IMG/VR virus record: IMGVR_UViG_2684622769_000003
Source: a virus
Taxonomy: Duplodnaviria; Heunggongvirae; Uroviricota; Caudoviricetes
Length of the DNA: 15,513 nt
Reading direction: 5' to 3' (one strand)
Shown: piece by piece, positions 9,161-15,513 of the stretch
How positions within the stretch are numbered: the first letter of the stretch is position 1
How the letters are laid out: each line of letters starts with the position of its first letter
The notes under the pieces: model-generated
What the model was told of the DNA's origin: nothing
Databases searched by the model: none
The model's input: only the letters and a program-made list of their open reading frames with translations
Program-made: the position numbers and the translations under genes

Positions 9161-9854
9161 CCGGGACTGCAATGTTTCCCGGACATCATCCGGTAGATGG
9201 CTGTAGGGGTTGCCATCCACCTTATGGCTGCCGCTGTAAATCAGCGTGATTTCCACGCCCTGTTTCTCCAGTGCAGCGCCGTAATTACTGTGAGCCATCA
9301 TGACGCCGATGGAGCCTGTCCGGGCGGTCTGCGTGACCAGACGCCGGGAGGCGGCACTGGCAAGCAGCTGACCTGCGCTGCAGTTCATGTCATTGGCCAG
9401 CGCCCATACCGGCTTTATGTCACGCACACGGGCGATGATGTCAGCGCAGTCAAATGCTCCCGCCACCATTCCGCCCGGTGTGTCCATATCGAGCAGAATG
9501 CCGTCCACCATCGGGTCGCTGGCAGCCTGTTGCAGACGGGCGATAATGCCGTTGTAACCGGTCATCCCCGAGTACGGCTGCAGCGCCCGCGTCCGGCTGA
9601 CCAGCGTGCCGGACACCGGCAGCACGGCGATGCCGTTCATTACCTGATAACTGCGGGCCTGTCGTGGTCCGTCATCATCACCGGATAACGCCAGCGCCGC
9701 GGGTGCCTCTCCGGCAGTCAGGCTGTCGCCGGATACTGCATCCGTCAGGCAGCTGATCCCAAGCTGGCCTGCAAGCGCACAAAAGAAAACCCGCGCATAG
9801 GCGGGTTCAAGCATCAGCGGCTCATTAAAAGCCATGCTGGCAATATGCGGGAGA

Positions 9855-9874
<20 letters not shown>
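8653..9874 (-). CDS. C: Capsid assembly protease / scaffold protein C, interrupted by an N-run; the two flanks are in different frames as written
   Basis: The N-terminal part (GTG at 9874..9872, then TAELRNLPHIASMAFNEPLMLEPAYARVFF...) and the C-terminal part (...AAPQSAQTRSDTALDRLMQGAPAPLAAGNPASDAVNDLLNTPV, stop at 8653..8655) both match lambda gpC. The span is 1222 nt, not a multiple of 3. The start lies 20 nt inside the end of B, as in lambda. Confidence 0.85.
8786..9074. other. Run of 289 N (unsequenced or masked) inside C/Nu3
   Basis: Literal n characters in the sequence. Confidence 1.
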
Positions 9875-13620
<3,746 letters not shown>

Positions 13621-13646
<26 letters not shown>

Positions 13647-14166
13647 TCAGCAACCCCGGTATCAGTTCATCCAGCGCGGCTGCTTTGTTCATGGCTTTGA
13701 TGATATCCCGTTTCAGGAAATCAACATGTCGGTTTTCCAGTTCCGGAAAACGCCGCTGCACCGACAGGGGGATCCCGTCGAGAATACTGGCAATTTCACC
13801 TGCGATCCGCGACAGCACGAAAGTACAGAATGCGGTTTCCACCACTTCAGCGGAGTCTCTGGCATTTTTCAGCTCCTGTGCGTCGGCCTGCGCACGCGTA
13901 AGTCGATGGCGTTCGTACTCAATAGTCCCTGGCTGGAGATCTGTCTCGCTGGCCTGCCGCAGTTCTTCAACTTCCCGGCGCAGCTTTTCGTTCTCAATTT
14001 CAGCATCCCTTTCGGCATACCATCTTATAACGGCGGCAGAGTCATAAAGCACCTCATTACCCTTGCCACCGCCTCGCAGAACGGGCATTCCCTGTTCCTG
14101 CCAGTTCTGAATGGTACGGATACTCGCACCGAAAATGTCAGCCAGCTGCTTTTTGTTGACTTCCAT
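13621..14166 (-). CDS. nu1: Terminase small subunit Nu1
   Basis: ORF track 13621..14166, 181 aa (MEVNKKQLADIFGASIRTIQNWQEQGMPVLRGGGKGNEV...), matches lambda gpNu1 with an N-terminal winged-HTH; ATG at 14166..14164. Confidence 0.95.
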
Positions 14167-14343
14167 TGTTCATTCCACGGACAAAAACAGAGAAAGGAAA
14201 CGACAGAGGCCAAAAAGCCCGTTTTCAGCACCTGTCGTTTCCTTTCTTTTCAGGGGGTGTTTTAAATAAAAACATTAGGTTACGGCGAAGAAGAACGGAA
14301 ACGCCTTAAACCGGAAAATTGTCATAAATAGCGAAAACCCGCG
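14167..14343 (-). other. cosB-like terminase binding region with three R-element repeats
   Basis: A perfect 16-bp inverted pair, agaaaggaaacgacag at 14191..14206 and ctgtcgtttcctttct at 14232..14247, plus a third related copy (aacggaaacgcc) near 14292..14303. These sit between the Nu1 start and cosN, as the gpNu1 R sites do in lambda. Confidence 0.75.
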
Positions 14344-14355
14344 CGCCTTCCGCCC
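14344..14355 (-). other. cosN-equivalent 12-mer (cohesive-end position); reads GGGCGGAAGGCG on the minus strand, not the canonical lambda 12-mer
   Basis: Flanked by ...ACAGGTTACG upstream and CGCGGGTTTTCGC... downstream in phage orientation, both as in lambda; the 12 nt between them were read directly. Confidence 0.7.
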
Positions 14356-14391
14356 CGTAACCTGTCGGATCGCCGGAAAGGACCCGCAAAA

Positions 14392-14406
14392 TGATAATAA
14401 TTATCA
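14392..14406. promoter_or_regulatory. Perfect 7-1-7 palindrome TGATAATAATTATCA, identical to the Fur-box core consensus; function unproven
   Basis: Read directly; part of a 17-bp perfect palindrome atgataataattatcat at 14391..14407, about 36 bp outside cosN and about 150 bp upstream of the plus-strand RHH gene. Confidence 0.3.
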
Positions 14407-14554
14407 TCTACATGTCACAACGTGCATCTACGCCATCAAACCACGTCAAATAATCAATTATGACGCAGGTATCGTATTAATTGATCTGCATCAACTTAAC
14501 GTAAAAACAACTTCAGACAATACAAATCAGCGACACTGAATACAGGGCAACCTC

Positions 14555-14788
14555 ATGTCAACGAAGAACAGAACCCGCAGAACAACAACCCGCAACATCC
14601 GCTTTCCTAACCAAATGATTGAACAAATTAACATCGCTCTTGTTCAAAAAGGGTCCGGGAATTTCTCAGCCTGGGTCATTGAAGCCTGCCGCCGGAGACT
14701 GTGCTCAGAAAAAAGAGTTTCGCCTGAAGCAAACAAAGAAAAGAGTGACATTACTGAATTGCTCAGAAAACAGGTTAGACCAGATTGA
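14555..14788 (+). CDS. Small ribbon-helix-helix-like DNA-binding protein, YnfO/YlcI-like (DUF3950-type prophage protein)
   Basis: ORF track 14555..14788, 77 aa (MSTKNRTRRTTTRNIRFPNQMIEQINIALVQKGSGNFSAWVIEACRRRL...); basic N-terminal tail, then a beta-strand plus two helices typical of RHH; opposite strand to the late operon. Confidence 0.7.
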   Translation: MSTKNRTRRTTTRNIRFPNQMIEQINIALVQKGSGNFSAWVIEACRRRLCSEKRVSPEANKEKSDITELLRKQVRPD

Positions 14789-14845
14789 AGCAATTTAGAT
14801 AATCGTGCAGACTACGCCCCCTCATATCACATGGAAGGTACTACA

Positions 14846-15256
14846 ATGGCTCAGGTTGCCATTTTTAAACAAATATTCGATAAAGTGCGAAATAATTTAA
14901 ACTATCACTGGTTTTATTCTGAACTAAAACGTCACAATGTCTCACATTACATTTACTATTTAGCCACAGAGAATATTCATCTTGTTCTTGAAAACGATAA
15001 TACGGTTTTAATAAAAGGACAGGGTAAGGTTGTAAATGTAAGATTTTCAAAAAATAAATGCCTTATAGAAGCCACCTTAAAAGGATTCAAATCAGGAGAG
15101 TTATCATTTTACGAATACAGGAAAAATCTTGCTACAGCAGGGGTTTTCAGATGGATTACAAATATCCACGAAAACAAAAGGTATTACTATACCTTTGATA
15201 ATTCATTACTCTTTACTGAGAACATACAGAACACTACACAAATATTTCCGCACTAA
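14846..15256 (+). CDS. YdfO/YbcV-like prophage protein (DUF1398 family), function unknown
   Basis: ORF track 14831..15256; I prefer the second ATG at 14846 ([43 protein letters not shown]...), which has GGAAGG 6-12 nt upstream, giving 136 aa; visibly AT-rich compared with the structural genes. Confidence 0.75.
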   Translation: MAQVAIFKQIFDKVRNNLNYHWFYSELKRHNVSHYIYYLATENIHLVLENDNTVLIKGQGKVVNVRFSKNKCLIEATLKGFKSGELSFYEYRKNLATAGVFRWITNIHENKRYYYTFDNSLLFTENIQNTTQIFPH

Positions 15257-15264
15257 ATCATAAC

Positions 15265-15293
15265 GTCCGGTTTCTTCCGTGCCAGAACCGGAC
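15265..15293 (+). other. Hairpin-forming inverted repeat just after the YdfO-like stop (8-bp stem gtccggtt / aaccggac, 13-nt loop)
   Basis: Read directly; no U-tract follows, so it is not a canonical intrinsic terminator. Confidence 0.3.
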
Positions 15294-15301
15294 TCGCTGG
15301 C

Positions 15302-15511
15302 ATGATGAAATATGTGTACCCGGTAACCCCGGTGTGCATCGTTTTTGATTATTCCCGCACACTCGCGCAGAAGGAGTTCCCCGTCGGGCTACGGTCTCTG
15401 TTAATACGGGAATACGGCGACGATTGGATTTGCCCCTATATTTCCAGACATCTGTTATCACTTAACCCATTACAAGCCCGCTGCCGCAGATATTCCCGTG
15501 GCGAGCGATAA
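15302..15511 (+). CDS. Hypothetical small protein (69 aa), unassigned
   Basis: ORF track 15302..15511 (MMKYVYPVTPVCIVFDYSRTLAQKEFPVGLRSLLIREYGDDWICPYISRHL...), complete with stop TAA at 15509..15511; no family recognised and no clear RBS checked. Confidence 0.25.
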   Translation: MMKYVYPVTPVCIVFDYSRTLAQKEFPVGLRSLLIREYGDDWICPYISRHLLSLNPLQARCRRYSRGER

Positions 15512-15513
15512 CC

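Noticed and set aside
14831-14845. Upstream ATG at 14831 as the start of the YdfO-like gene
   Set aside because: The second ATG at 14846 has a GGAAGG Shine-Dalgarno-like sequence at appropriate spacing and gives the 136-aa length typical of this family; the upstream ATG lacks an RBS.
15265-15293. The hairpin after the YdfO-like gene as a Rho-independent terminator
   Set aside because: The stem is followed by tcgctggcat, not a U-tract, so it is kept only as a structural feature.
15258-15461. Minus-strand 67-aa ORF at the right edge, and short minus-strand frames entering from beyond 15513
   Set aside because: No recognisable product or start context; all minus-strand frames entering from the right edge hit stops within about 20 codons, so no lysis gene (Rz or bor type) appears to end here.

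Overview
This window is the late (virion morphogenesis and DNA packaging) region of a lambda-type prophage, read in reverse orientation, followed by the cos site and a short AT-rich cargo region. All structural genes are on the minus strand in canonical lambda order: K (partial), L, M, H, T/G, V, U, Z, FII, FI, E, D, C/Nu3, B, W, A, Nu1. Their translations and lengths match the phage lambda proteins as I recall them, with scattered substitutions; no search was run. Start and stop codons overlap in the usual way (ATGA-type junctions, B/C and Nu1/A overlaps). Three N-runs interrupt H, C and B, and two of them leave the flanking reading frames mismatched. Beyond Nu1 lie cosB (three R-element repeats), a cosN 12-mer that differs from the canonical lambda cohesive end, and a perfect Fur-box-like palindrome. 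Two plus-strand cargo genes follow: a small ribbon-helix-helix-like protein (YnfO/YlcI-like) and a strongly AT-rich YdfO/YbcV-like protein, then a small unassigned ORF. I found no CRISPR array, tRNA, rRNA, integrase or transposase. I do not see a clearly novel multi-gene system; the most interesting material is the cos variant and the cargo module at 14.3-15.5 kb.
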